From NCBI GenBank assembly GCA_903913885.1, contig CAIWMX010000002.1, forward strand, positions 1,862 to 65,861: 64,000 bases of DNA, written 5' to 3'. A model generated the notes under the pieces. It did not search any database. It was not told where the DNA came from and was given only the letters and a program-made list of their open reading frames with translations. Source of the stretch: an uncultured Bacteroidales bacterium (GTDB lineage Bacteria > Bacteroidota > Bacteroidia > Bacteroidales > FEN-979). Below, piece by piece: positions 11,201-26,200 of the stretch (position 1 is its first letter; each line of letters opens with the position of its first letter). The position numbers and the translations under genes were made by a program.

Positions 11201-14200
11201 CATGTTGACGATTTGTTCAGATGTCGCATTAAACTATCAGATAACAAGTACAATAACCGGGACAACTTATGCATGGACCGTAACGGATCTTTCGGGCGGT
11301 GCGATTACCGGCTGGAACAATTATCCGGGCGGAGCTGTGTCGATCATTCCGGATGTACTTACAAACAATTCATTGGTTAATAAAACCATCCAGTATACGA
11401 TCACGCCAACGGGGCCGGCACCTGCATTTTGTATCGGGACACCCTTCATTTTAACCGTCACCGTCCGGCCGAAAATAACCAGTACTTACACTGACCAGAG
11501 TATTAATGTCGGGACAAGCACTATTATTACGGGTGCCGTTTCCGGCGGAACAACTGCATATACCTATTCCTGGGCACCCGTCAACATGTTGTTGCCTGGT
11601 GAGAGTTCCCAGGCCAATCCGCATACTGTGATTTTAAATTCATCACAAACCTATACAGTAACAGTTACTGATGGGGCAGGATGCCAGTTTGTAAAGACCA
11701 TAACAGTATCCACCAACGGTTTGCCAATTACGGTTTTACTGACTGCCAACGACCCGGATCTGAAGATTTGCGAAGGCACCATAATCACCCTTACAGCAAC
11801 TGCATCAGGCGGGGGAGGAGGGGGCATCCCCGGGAATTATTCCTATGTGTGGTCAGGATTGCCGGGATTGGTTACCTACATTCAGCCATGGATCGTTCAG
11901 TTTATTCCGGCAAACCTGGGTGGTAATAATTACAGTGTGGTTGTCGGTGACGGATTTACTACGACCATGGCAAGTATTGTGATAACCGTGAACAAAATAC
12001 CAACGGTTACCAGTGCCGTACTGAAGCAGATTTGTTCAGGCGAGGATGTGAATTATACCCCTACAGCCGATGTTCCGGGAACAACCTTTACCTGGGTGAG
12101 AAGTACCAATCCGTGCGTTACGGCACCCGGGGCCAATACAGGAACCGGGCCGATAAGTAATGTACTGGCCAATATCTGCAACACAGTTGAAAGCATCACC
12201 TACACCATCACACCGACCGGTCCGGCGCCAACCCTCTGCATCGGGACACCCCTGGTACTTACCGTGGATGTCATGCCGGTTGCAGCCATTACGAATGCTT
12301 CAAATACCCAGGCTGTCAATGCAGGTTTGCCTACTGTTGCGGTAACATTCACCTCCAACGTAAGCGGTGTGAATTTTCACTGGCAGTTCGCCAGCGTCTC
12401 CTGTCCCGGTTATTTCGGAACCTACCTGACAAGCGGCAACACCTCCGTGATTCCTTCACAAACTTTTACGATATTGCCGGGCGGGCCACCCTCCTGCCAG
12501 ATATGCTACACGGTGAATGCCTATATTATTTTACCCGGGGGCAAAGAGTGCTGGGGGCCGTCATTTACATACTGTTATACTGTCAACCTGCAGCCAGCAA
12601 CGTACAACCTCATTTGCCCTGCACCGCCCTGCGAGGGATCCATCGTGTCGGTTACCCTGGCAGGCTCTGATGTTGGTGTGAATTACCAGCTATACAGGGA
12701 TGGAGGGCTGCTCGCCGGTTCTTCGCAACCCGGATGCAATTGTCCGATCGTTTGGAACGGGATCACATCCGGGGGGACCTATTCCGTTATCGGGACCAAC
12801 AGCAGTAACGGGGTATCGATACCCATGAACAACGTTTGCGTGGTATCCTACAACCCCAATCCGGTGGCAAATTACGTGCTGAGCTCAACAGGTGTTTGTC
12901 TCGGCGACATCATCACACTCAATGGCAGTCAGCCCAATATTAACTATGAACTTTTTCTCAATAACGGATCAACCTGGGAGATTCATCCCGGTCCGGGAGC
13001 GTTGAATTTTACACAAACGAACTCCCCCGGGACTTACACTGTCAGGGCCACCAATATTCTGACAGGATGTTTTTCCTGGATAAACGGCAGTGTCTTGATC
13101 ACACCAAACCCTGTGGAGTATTTCTTTGATCCGTCAGGCGATCTGTGTGTTGGCGATAATCTGAACCTGGCAAATTCGCAAACAGGTGTGCTGTATGAAT
13201 TATGGTGTACCCCATTCACCGGGCCGGGACCAGTCTTTATTAAATCACTCGCCGGATCAGGGTCACCTATATCCTTTGGCAGTCAAACCATTCCCGGAAC
13301 GTACTTTGTACATGCCATCAAAATCAGTACCCTTTGCGATGTTTATTTCACGGACCATAAGATTTTCTGGGCAAACCCGCAGTTGTTCAATGTAACACCC
13401 CAGCCAAGCGGAATACCCAATTGCGGCATGACCACCATCGGGCTGAGCAGTTCGGAACCCGGCTATCATTACTGGGTATACCAGCTTGATGCCTTTGGAG
13501 CCCCGTTGGGTTTTCCATACCCGTTTTTTACAGAGAAAATTGGGACAGGAAGTGCACTTGTATTCGGATCAACGGATGATCCGGGCGAATATGTGGTAAT
13601 TGCCTGGAATCCTGCGAACCTCTGTCAATCCAGGATGAATGGAAGCGTCATCATTCACCTTAACCCTACAAAATACCAGATGGATCCAATAGGCGGACCG
13701 CTCTGTGTTGACCAGGGCGTAGGCCAGGAGATAAAATTATTAAATTCGGATGCGGGAATCAATTATACCCTGAATCCGGTTGGAGTTATTAAAGCAGGCG
13801 GGGCTGTCCCGTTGAGCTTCGGGGTACAGACCCAGCCGGGAACTTATACGGTAAGCGCCGTGAACCCCCTGTCAGGGTGTACTTCACAAATGTTGGGAAG
13901 CCTTGATCTGGAGTTGAATCCAACACAATTTACGATGTACCCTCCGACCGATTTTTGTCCGGGAGAGTATGATATATGGATCAGCGGTTCTCAGCTGAAT
14001 GTTACCTATACGTTGCATACGCCAAATACGGCCCCGATTGCAAAAGTGGGAACTTCAGGTCCCCTGCATTGGGGCTACCTGTATTATCCGGGTACGTATT
14101 ATATTGTTGCAGAATATACAGCAAGTTCAACATGCTCCATTGTCCTGGGTACCGTCCACATAAATCCAAGACCCAACGTTTTTCAAATAAAATTCCAGGC

Positions 14201-17200
14201 TGGAGCGTGTGAGCAGGCTGTAATCGGACTGAACGGCTCACAAGCAGGTGCTACGTATGAACTGTTGCATGCTGATGGTAGCAGCCTGACCCCGCCGGTA
14301 TTTAACCCGCCCGCCATTACCCCGCCTGCTTCTTTTTATTTTGCATCCGCTCAGCCTGCCGGAAGCTATGTTGTTAAAGCGACCAATCAATTCGGCTGTG
14401 ATACCGTCATGAACGGCACGGCTGTTGTATTTCCGCTACCGGTGCCAACCATCAGCGGACCCGCTCCCGTATGTGTGGGAGTCCCTGGTCAGGTTTACAT
14501 TACTGAGTCGGGAATGACAAATTACAACTGGCTTATTTCGTCAGGAGGCTTGGTAACAGCAGGAGGCACTGCCACGAGCAATTCGGTTACCATCACATGG
14601 AATACGGTAGGAACACATACCGTCAGTGTCAATTACCTGAACGGGAATGCCTGTACGGCTTTAACCGCTACGGTACTCAATGTCACAGTTAATCCTGCAG
14701 GCCAGGTGAACGATCCACCCGATCAGATGCTTTGTAACGGGATCATGACTCTTCCCGTTGTCTTTACTACCACCAATCCTGGTACAACAACGTATACCTG
14801 GACGAATGATCAATCCTCCATCGGCCTGGCATCTTCGGGAAGCGGCGATATAGGTTCCTTTGCAGCTATAAATACGGGAAGTTCCCCGGTCATTGCGACC
14901 ATCACTGTCACGCCAAACTCCTCCAGCGGAGGAATCACCTGTGCCGGAATACCCCAGTCCTTTACCATCTCAGTAACCCCGACAGCACAAGTCAACGACC
15001 CGGCTGACCAGATTTTATGCAATGGGGATATCACAACCCCGGTAATTTTTTCTACGAACAATACAGGAGGGACGACAACCTATTCGTGGTCGAATGATCA
15101 TCCCTCGATCGGGCTTGCATTGTCAGGGACCGGCAATATTCCCGGGTTTGCAGCCACCAACCCGGGAAGTTCGCCCGTCGTAGCCACCATTGTCGTTACA
15201 CCGCATTTCTCCTATGGCGGGATAACCTGCAACGGTCCAACCCAGTCGTTCACCATAACGGTAAACCCGGGCGGACAGGTAAATGATCCGCCGGACCAGG
15301 TGTTATGTAACACCCAGATGACAACTCCTGTCGCCTTCAGCACCGGGAACACAGGCGGAACTACGACCTATTCCTGGACGAACGACCAGCCCGGCATCGG
15401 TCTTGCTGCTGCTGGTACTGGTGACATTGCGTCGTTTGCTGCCCTGAACCCGGGTATCGCCCCGGTAACAGCCACCATTTCAGTCACGCCTCACTACGCG
15501 AACGGCGGGATTACATGCAACGGCACTGCCCAATCATTTACGATTACCGTAAATCCCACCGGTCAGGTCAACGATCCGGTAGACCAGGTGTTATGCAATG
15601 GCGAGCAAAGCGCCGCCGTGATCTTCGGGACAAATAATACCGGAGGAGCTACCACCTATTCCTGGACGAATTCCAATACCAGTATTGGCCTGGCATCCAA
15701 TGGCACAGGGAATATATCCGCATTTGTTGTTGCCAATCCGGGTACATCTCCGGTTGTCGCAAACCTCACAGTGACCCCGCATTTCACCAATGCAGGCATC
15801 ACATGTGTCGGACCGGCGCAAGCCTTCAGCATTACGGTAAATCCGACAGGCCAGGTTAACAATACGCCAAACCAGGTTTTATGTAACGGTGGCCTGACAA
15901 CTGCAATTTTCTTTACCACCACCAATACAGCAGGAACGACAACCTATTCCTGGACCAACAGTGCGACCAGCATCGGCCTTGCTTCATCCGGAACAGGCGA
16001 TATTCTGGCATTCAATGCCTTTAACACCGGTACGGCACCAGTGATTGCCACCATTGTTGTTACCCCTCAATATACGATTGGAGGTAAAACCTGCGGTGGC
16101 CCTGCACAATCCTTCACCATCACCGTGAACCCGGCTGGTCAGGTAAATCTTCCTCCCAGCCAGGTATTATGCAATGGCGACCTTGCAACAGCTGTGATCT
16201 TCAGCACGAATAATTCGGGAGGAACCACAACCTATACTTGGACGAACACCGCCTCACCCATCGGGATCGTAGCTGCAGGGACAGGAAATATTGCCGCGTT
16301 TACGGCCACTAATACTGGAACATCCCCTATCATTGCCTCCATTGCAGTTACTCCCCATTTCTCAAATGGTGGAATTGCATGCATTGGCACAACCCAGACC
16401 TTTACAATTACTGTTAACCCAACCGCTCAGGTGACCGATCCGCCCGACCAGGTTCTATGCAATGGCGACCTGACAATACCGGTTAATTTTAATACCAACA
16501 ATACCGGGGGGACTACTACCTATACTTGGATCAACTCTACTACAGGAATCGGCCTGGCTGCCAATGGCACCGGGAACATCCCGGCATTTGTTGCTGCAAA
16601 CGCCGGGACTTCGCCGGATATAGCCACTATTGTTGTCACACCGCACTTCACCAATGCCGGGATTACCTGCAGCGGACCAACGCAAACCTTTACCATCACG
16701 GTTAACCCGGGCGCACAGGTGAATGATCCCCCCGACCAGATACTCTGCAACGGAGCTATGACTGCACCCGTTGTCTTTACCACCACCAACGGTGGCGGGA
16801 CCACGTATAACTGGACCAATGATCATCCATCGATCGGGCTGGGAGCCAGCGGAAGCGGAAACATAGCCTCCTTTGCTGCTATCAATGCAGGCGGTTCACC
16901 AGTTGTTGCAACGATAACGGTTACCCCGCAGTTCTCTGGTGGAGGTATAAATTGTACAGGTCCGGCACAGTCTTTCACCATCACGGTGAATCCAACCGGA
17001 CAGGTGAACGACCCGCCCGACCAGACCTTGTGCAATGGCGATATCACAGCACCCGTAACCTTTACGACCAGCAACACGGGGGGCACGACAACGTATACAT
17101 GGACGAACGACCATCCATCCATCGGGCTGGCATCGCCAGGAAGCGGTAATATTGCAGCTTTCACGGCCATAAACACGGGAAGTGTTCCAATCGTGGCGAC

Positions 17201-20200
17201 GATTATCGTTACCCCTCATTTTGCCAATGGCGGCGTCCCCTGCGACGGGCCAAGCCAGTCGTTTACCATGACGGTGAATCCGGGAGGACAGGTAAATGAC
17301 CCTGCGGACCAGATTTTGTGCAATGGTAATCAGACCACAGCTGTGAATTTCAGCACCGTAAACACAGGGGGGGCAACAACCTATTCATGGACAAACGATC
17401 AGGCATCCATTGGCCTGGCCTCCAACGGAAACGGAGATATCGCAGCCTTTACTGCCGTTAATACAGGCAATGCCCCTGTCGTTGCAACCATCGTCGTCAC
17501 CCCCCACTACTCAAACGGGAGCATTGTATGCAGTGGCGCCTCGCAATCTTATACCTATACAGTGAATCCAACAGGGCAGGTCAACGATCCTGCCAGCCAG
17601 GTCCTATGCAACGGCGATCAGAGTGCTGCCGTGATATTCACCACCAGTAACAGCGGAGGAACCACAACATATAGCTGGGTAAATACAAATACCGGCATCG
17701 GGCTTGCCGCCAGTGGCACAGGCGACATCTCCATGTTCGTTGTCACCAATCCGGGGATATCACCTGTAGTTGCCTCCATCACGGTGACCCCGCATTTCAC
17801 CAATGCAGGGATCACCTGTGACGGGCCATTGAAGTCGTTTACCATAACCGTAAACCCGACAGGACAGGTCAACGATCCGCCTGACCAGGTTTTGTGTAAC
17901 GGAGACCTGACTGCCGCGGTAATCTTTTCAACCAACAATACATCAGGCACGACAACTTATTCGTGGACAAATTCCAACACCTCCGTTGGCCTGGCATCAT
18001 CAGGTACTGGAAACATCCTGGCATTCAGCACTATTAATGTCGGCACACTGCCGGTAACCGCCACGATCATTGTTACGCCTCACTTCACCAATGCGGGTAA
18101 AACCTGTATTGGCCCGGGACAAACCTTCAGCATCACCGTGAACCCGGGAGGCCAGGTAAATCTTCCTCCAAGCCAGGTTTTGTGCAATGGCGACGTTGCT
18201 ACAGCTGTGATCTTCAGCACCAATAATGCGGGAGGAACTACCACCTATACTTGGACGAACACCTCTTCCAGCATAGGACTGGCAGCTTCCGGCACAGGGA
18301 ATATCCCTTCGTTTACTGTCTCCAATACAGGGTCAGCACCTGTTATTGCGACCATTACAGTGACCCCGCATTTCTCCGGCGGAGGTGTTAATTGCAACGG
18401 TTCGGCACAGACATTTACCATCACGGTGAACCCAACCGGCCAGGTGAACGATCCCTCCGATCAGGTTTTATGCACAGGAGCATCTACGTTACCGGTCGTT
18501 TTTATCACCAACAATACCGGGGGCACAACGACATACACATGGGTCAACTCGACCACGGGCATTGGCCTGGCTGCCAGCGGCAGCGGCGATATTCCGGCAT
18601 TTGTTGCAACAAACGCAGGTTCTGCCCCAGTTGTAGCCACCATTGATGTTACCCCGCACTTCACCAACGCAGGGATTACCTGTAACGGTCCAACGCAAAA
18701 TTTCACCATCACGGTTAACCCGGGCGGCCAGGTGAACGATCCCCCGGATCAGATCCTCTGCAATGGAGCAATGACTGCTCCTGTCGTTTTCACCACCACC
18801 AATGGTGGCGGCACAACATATACCTGGACCAACGACCATCCGTCGATCGGGCTGTCAGCCGCCGGAAACGGCGATATTGGCTCCTTTGCCGCAATCAATC
18901 CTGGCGGTTCCCCGGTGATTGCCATCATCACGGTCACTCCTCACTTCACAAGCGGGGGAGTCAGCTGCGCCGGTCCCACGCAGTCCTTGACCATCACGGT
19001 GAACCCGACCGGGCAGGTAAATGACCCGCCCGACCAGATCTTATGCAATGGCGACGTCACCAATCCTGTCCTCTTTACAACCAGCAACACGGGTGGAACG
19101 ACGACCTATACCTGGACAAATGACCATCCCTCCATCGGGCTTGCATCGCCCGGAAGCGGTAATATTGCCGCCTTCACTGCCGTCAACGCCGGCAGCTTGC
19201 CCATTGTTGCCACGATTGTCGTTACCCCGCATTTTACCAGCGGCGGCATCACCTGCGACGGTCCGGTTCAGACGTTCACCATGACTGTGAATCCGGGCGG
19301 ACAAGTAAATGATCCTCCTGACCAGGTTTTATGCAATGGCAGCCAGACTGCTGCAGTAAACTTCAGCACCATCAACACCGGGGGCACGACAACCTATTCA
19401 TGGACCAATGATCATCCGGCTATTGGGCTTCCCGCCCTTGGCATCGGTGATATTGCCGCTTTTACAGGTACCAATCCCGGCACTTCCCCGGTAATTGCCA
19501 CTATTGTTGTCACCCCTCACTACACAAACGGTGGCATTGCGTGCACTGGAACCTCCCAGTCATTTACAATAACAGTAAACCCGACCGGGCAGGTCAACGA
19601 TCCGGCCGACCAGGTGTTATGCAACGGCGATCAGAGTGCCGCCGTAATTTACGCCACAGTCAACACGGGAGGAACAACAACCTACACATGGACAAACTCA
19701 AATACCGTTATTGGTCTTGCTTCCAGTGGCATTGGCGACATCTCCATGTTTATTGCCACCAACCCGGGAACATCTCCTGTAGTTAGCTCCATCACGGTAA
19801 CCCCCCATTTCACCAATGCAGGCGTTACCTGCGACGGGCCAGCTCAAACCTTCACCCTTACGGTTAATCCAACCGGGCAGGTCAATGATCCGCCCGATCA
19901 GGTTTTATGCAACGGAGACCTGACGGCTGTCGTAATCTTTACCACCAACAATACAGTTGGCACGACAACCTATACCTGGACAAATTCAAGCACCAGTATT
20001 GGCCTGGCATCGTCAGGCACGGGAAACATCCTGGCATTCAGTGCCGTGAACAATGGCACACTGCCGGTGACAGCCACCGTTGTAGTTACGCCGCACTTCA
20101 CCAACGCAGGTAAAACCTGTAATGGTCCATCACAATTCTTCACGATTACGGTGAACCCGGGAGGACAGGTAAATCTTCCTCCAAGCCAGGTTTTGTGCAA

Positions 20201-23200
20201 TGGCGACAATGCGGTTGCCGTGATTTTCAGCACCAACAATACCGGAGGAACCACGACCTATACATGGACGAATACTTCCTCAGGCATAGGGCTTGCCGCT
20301 TCAGGGACCGGAAATATACCTGCATTCACGGTTACAAATACAGGAACATCCCCCATAATCGCCACCATTGTGGTAACACCACATTTCTCCGGCGGGGGAG
20401 TTAATTGTCCGGGTCCAGCACAAACCTTTACCATTACCGTAAACCCGACCGGCCAGGTAGCCGATCCGGCCGACCAGGTTCTGTGTACCGGGGCAATGAC
20501 AATCCCTGTCATTTTTATCACCAACAATACCGTGGGTACAACGACATACACCTGGGTCAACTCGACCACGGGTATTGGCCTGGCTGCCACCGGCACTGGG
20601 AACATTCCGGCATTTGCTGCTGTAAACGCTGGTTCATCGCCGGTGCTGGCAACCGTTGTCGTTACGCCGCATTACAGCAATGCAGGGATCACCTGCGACG
20701 GGCCCTCACAGACCTTCACCATCACCGTGAACCCGGGCGGACAGGTCAACGATCCTCCTGACCAAATCCTGTGCAACGGGGAGATGACAGCACCGGTTGT
20801 CTTCACCACCAATAATACCGGAGGGACGACCTATACGTGGACCAACGACCATCCTTCGATCGGGCTGGCTGCCACCGGCAGCGGGGATATCAGCTCCTTT
20901 GCCGTAATCAACCCTGGCGGCTCCCCTGTGATTGCCATCATCACGGTCACGCCTCATTACACAAGCGGGGGAGTCACCTGTGCCGGTCTCACGCAATCCT
21001 TCACCATCACAGTGAACCCAACGGGTCAGGTTAATGACCCGCCCGACCAGATCTTATGCAATGGCGACATCACCAATCCTGTCATTTTTGCAACCAGCAA
21101 TACGGGAGGAACAACAACATATACATGGACGAATGACCATCCCTCCATCGGGCTGGCATCACCCGGAAGCGGCAATATTGCAGCCTTTACGGCCATCAAC
21201 ACAGGCAGTTCTCCTGTCATTGCCACGATTGTCGTCACCCCGCATTTCACCAGCGGAGGCATCACCTGCGACGGTCCAGGCCAGTCATTTACCATCACTG
21301 TGAACCCGGGCGGCCAGGTTAATGATCCTGCCGACCAGGTTTTATGCAACGGCAACCAGACAACTGCCGTAACCTTCAGTACCATAAACACCGGGGGAAC
21401 GACCACCTATTCTTGGACGAATGATCATCCGGCCATTGGGCTTGCAGCCCTTGGCAACGGGGACATTGCTGCCTTTACTGCAACCAACCCCGGCACTGCC
21501 CCGGTCATTGCGACTATTGTGGTTACGCCTCATTACTCAAACGGAGGCATAGTTTGCAATGGACCTTCCCAGTCATTTACGATAACGGTAAATCCAACCG
21601 GGCAGGTTAACGATCCGCCCGACCAGGTGTTATGCAACGGCGATCAAAGCGCAGCCGTGATCTTTGCCTCGGTCAACACTGGGGGAACAACAACCTACAC
21701 GTGGGTTAACTCAAACACAAGTATTGGCCTTGCTTCCAATGGAACAGGGGATATTTCCATCTTCGTTGTCACCAACCCGGGAACATCCCCAGTAGTTGGC
21801 ACCGTCGCGGTAACCCCCCATTTCAACAATGCAGGTGTCACATGCGACGGACCAGTTCAAACCTTCACCATAACGGTAAATCCAACCGGGCAGGTCAACG
21901 ATCCGCCTGACCAGGTATTGTGTAATGGAGACCTGACCGCTGCTGTAGTCTTTTCAACCAACAACACAGCTGGCACAGCAACTTATACCTGGACGAATTC
22001 CAATACCACGATTGGTCTGGCATCAACCGGCACGGGCAATATCCTGGCATTCAGCGCTGTGAACAATGGTACACTGCCGGTTACGGCCACCGTTGTCGTT
22101 ACGCCGCACTTTACCAATGCGGGTAAGACCTGCATTGGCCCGACACAATCCTTCACTATCACTGTGAACCCGGGCGGACAGGTAAATCTTCCTCCCAGCC
22201 AGGTTTTATGCAATGGCGACAATGCCGCTGCCGTGATCTTCAGCACCAACAATACGGGAGGAACCACGACCTATACCTGGACGAATACTGGTTCAAGCAT
22301 CGGGCTTGCAGCTTCCGGGAGCGGCAATATACCTGCATTTCCTGTCACAAATACAGGAACTTCACCCATAGTCGCCACCATTGTGGTAACCCCTCATTTC
22401 TCCGGCACGGGAGTTAATTGTCCCGGCCAACCCCAAACCTTTACCATTACCGTGAACCCGACCGGCCAGGTTACTGATCCGCCAGACCAGGTATTGTGCA
22501 CCGGGGCCCTGACGATCCCGGTCATCTTTATCACGAACAACACAGGGGGCACAACCACGTACACCTGGGTCAATTCCGGCACAGGCATTGGCCTGGCTGC
22601 CACCGGCACCGGGAACATTCCGGCATTTGTTGTGTCGAACCCGGGTACAACGCCGGTTTTGGCTACCATTGTCGTTACACCGCATTTCAGCAACGCAGGG
22701 ATCACTTGTGACGGACCCACCCAAACTTTCACCATCACAGTTAACCCGGGTGGACAGGTGAATGATCCTCCCGACCAGATCCTGTGCAATGGGGGGGCGA
22801 CTACACAGGTTGTCTTCACCACCAATAATGCAGGCGGGACAACCTATACATGGACCAACGACCATCCGTCGATCGGGCTTCCTGCTTTCGGCAACGGGGA
22901 TATCAGCTCATTTACCGCGATCAATGCCGGCGGTTCCCCTGTGATTGCGATCATCACGGTTACACCGCAATACACCAGCGGAGGAGTCAGCTGTGCCGGT
23001 CCAACCCAGTCCTTCACCATCACAGTGAATCCGACCGCACAGGTGAACAATCCTGTGGATCAGATCTTATGCAATGGCATTGTCACCGCACCGGTAGTCT
23101 TCACGACCAGCAACACGGGAGGAACGACCACCTATACCTGGACGAATGATACTCCCGCGATCGGGCTGGCATCGCCCGGAAGCGGTAATATTCCAGGGTT

Positions 23201-26200
23201 TGCGACAATCAATACCGGGAATTCCCCTATAGTTGCCACCATTGTCGTTACCCCGCATTTCACCAATGGCGGCATCACCTGCGACGGTCCTGTCAAGTCG
23301 TTTACCATGACGGTTAACCCTGACGGACAGGTCAATGATCCTCCCGACCAGGTCTTATGCAACGGAAACCCTACGGCTGCAGTAAACTTCAGTACTGTCA
23401 ACATCGGGGGAACAACCACCTATACATGGACGAATGATCATCCGTCAATTGGTCTGGCTTCTCTTGGCAACGGGAACATAGCCTCCTTTAATGCCATTAA
23501 CCCGGGCTTTACCCCAGTCATTGCTACGATCGTGGTCACGCCGCATTTTACCAATGGCGGCGTTCCCTGTACCGGCCCTGCTCAGTCCTTTACCATTACG
23601 GTGAATCCAACCGGGCAGGTTAGCGATCCTCCCGACCAGGTGCTGTGCAACGGCGATCAGAGTGCAGCTGTGATCTTCGCCACGATTAACACCGGGGGAA
23701 CTACAACCTACACATGGACGAACTCCAGCACCAGTATAGGCCTTGCCTCCGGTGGCACAGGGGATATCTCCATGTTTATTGTCACCAATCCCGGAACATC
23801 TCCTGTTGTTGCCACCATCATCGTAACCCCGCATTTTAACAATGCAGGTGTCACCTGTGACGGACCTGCACAAACGTTCAGCATTACGGTAAACCCAACA
23901 GGAGAGGTAAACAGTGTTCCTGACCAGGTTCTCTGTAACGGGGAGCTGACTGCCAGTGTAGTCTTTACCACCAATAATACAGCCGGAACCACGACTTATT
24001 CATGGACAAACAGCAACAACAGCATTGGTCTTGCCTCATCAGGAACGGGTAATATTTTGGCATTCAATGCTGTGAACAACGGTACACTGCCGGTGACAGC
24101 CACCATTGTCGTGACACCGCACTATACCAATGCCGGTAAGACCTGCGTTGGCCCCACACAATCCTTTACTATCACGGTAAACCCGGGAGGCCAGGTAAAT
24201 CTACCTCCCAGCCAGGTTTTATGCAATGGCGACATTTCCGCGGCCGTGGTCTTCAGCACGAACAATACAGGAGGTACCACGACCTTTACCTGGACGAATA
24301 CCTCTTCGAGTATCGGACTGGCCGCTTCCGGGGCTGGGAACATTCCGGCATTTACGGTTGTCAATACAGGGTCTGCACCTGTGATAGCGTCTATTGTGGT
24401 GACCCCGCATTTTTCAGGTGCCAGCGTTAATTGTGATGGCCTAACCCAGACCTTTACCATTACAGTGAACCCGACCGGCCAGGTGGCCGATCCGCCCGAC
24501 CAGGTTTTGTGCAACGGCAACCTTGCTGTGCCTATCATCTTTAATACGAATAATAGCGGGGGGACGACCACCTATACCTGGGTCAACTCCACCACGGGTA
24601 TCGGCCTGGCTGCCACAGGCGCCGGGAATATCCCGGCTTTTGTTGTCACGAATGCCGGTACGTCACCCGTGGTAGCCACCATTGTCGTTACACCGCACTT
24701 CACCAACGCAGGAACCACCTGTGGCGGCCCATCGCAAACATTCACCATCACTGTTAACCCCGGCGGACAGGTAAACGACCCGTCAGACCAGATCCTGTGT
24801 AATGGCGAGAATACTGCACCGGTTGTCTTCACCACCAATAATACCGGAGGAACGACCTATACCTGGACCAACGACCATCCATCGATAGGGCTGCTGCCTG
24901 CCGGAAACGGCGACATCGGCTCGTTTACTGCCATCAATGTCGGAGGTTCCCCTGTGGTTGCCATTATCACGGTCACGCCTCACTATTCCGGAGGAGGAGT
25001 AAGTTGTCCCGGACCTACCCAGTCATTCACCATCACCGTGAACCCGACCGGGCAGGTAAACGACCCTGTAGATCAGATACTATGCAATGGCAACGTCGCA
25101 GCACCCGTGGTCTTCACGACCAACAACACAGGAGGAACGACTACCTATACGTGGACGAATGACCGTCCCTCGATCGGGCTGGCATCGCCCGGAAGCGGTA
25201 ATATTCCGGGGTTCCCGGTCATCAATAATGGAATTTCTCCCATTGTTGCCACCATTGTAGTTACGCCGCATTTCACCAACGGAGGTATCACCTGTGACGG
25301 CCCAAGCCAATCGTTTACCATGACGGTGAACCCTGATGCTGAGGTCAATGATCCTCCCGATCAGGTTTTATGCAATGGCAATCAGACAGCTGCCGTGATT
25401 TTCAGTACCACCATCGTAGGAGGAACAACGACCTATTCGTGGACGAATGATCATCCTTCCATTGGGCTGGCATCCCTGGGCAACGGGGACATCGCGTCAT
25501 TTACCGCCGTCAACAACGGCGTTAGTCCGGTCATTGCCACCATCGTGGTCAAGCCGCATTTCTCCAATGCCGGCATCACGTGTGATGGACCCTCGCAAAC
25601 GTTCACTATTACCGTGAATCCAACCGGGCAGGTCAATGATCCGCCCGACCAGGTTTTATGCAACGGCGATCAGGCAGCAGCCGTGATCTTCAGCACAAAC
25701 AATAATGGGGGAACAACTACGTACTCCTGGACAAATACAAATACCAGCATCGGCCTTGCCACCAGCGGAAATGGAGATATATCCGCGTTTTTCGTTACGA
25801 ACCCAGGAACCTCTCCCGAAGTTGCTACCATTGTTGTGACCCCGCATTTCATCAACGCCGGCCTCACCTGCGACGGAGCGGCACAAACTTTCACCATCAC
25901 CGTAAACCCGACAGGGCAGGTCAACAATACGCCTGACCAGGTGTTGTGCAATGGCGACCTGACCGCGGCGGTGGTATTTTCAACTGTCAACACAGGAGGA
26001 TTGACAACTTATTCATGGACAAATTCTGCACCCGGTATCGGAATCCCTGCGGCAGGTACAGGCAATATCATTGCCTTTGCTGCAGTCAATAACGGGCAAT
26101 CGCCTGTCGTTGCCACCTTGGTCGTAACCCCGCACTTTATCAATGCAGGCAAGACCTGCATTGGCCCTTCTCAATCCTTCACGATCACCGTGAACCCGAC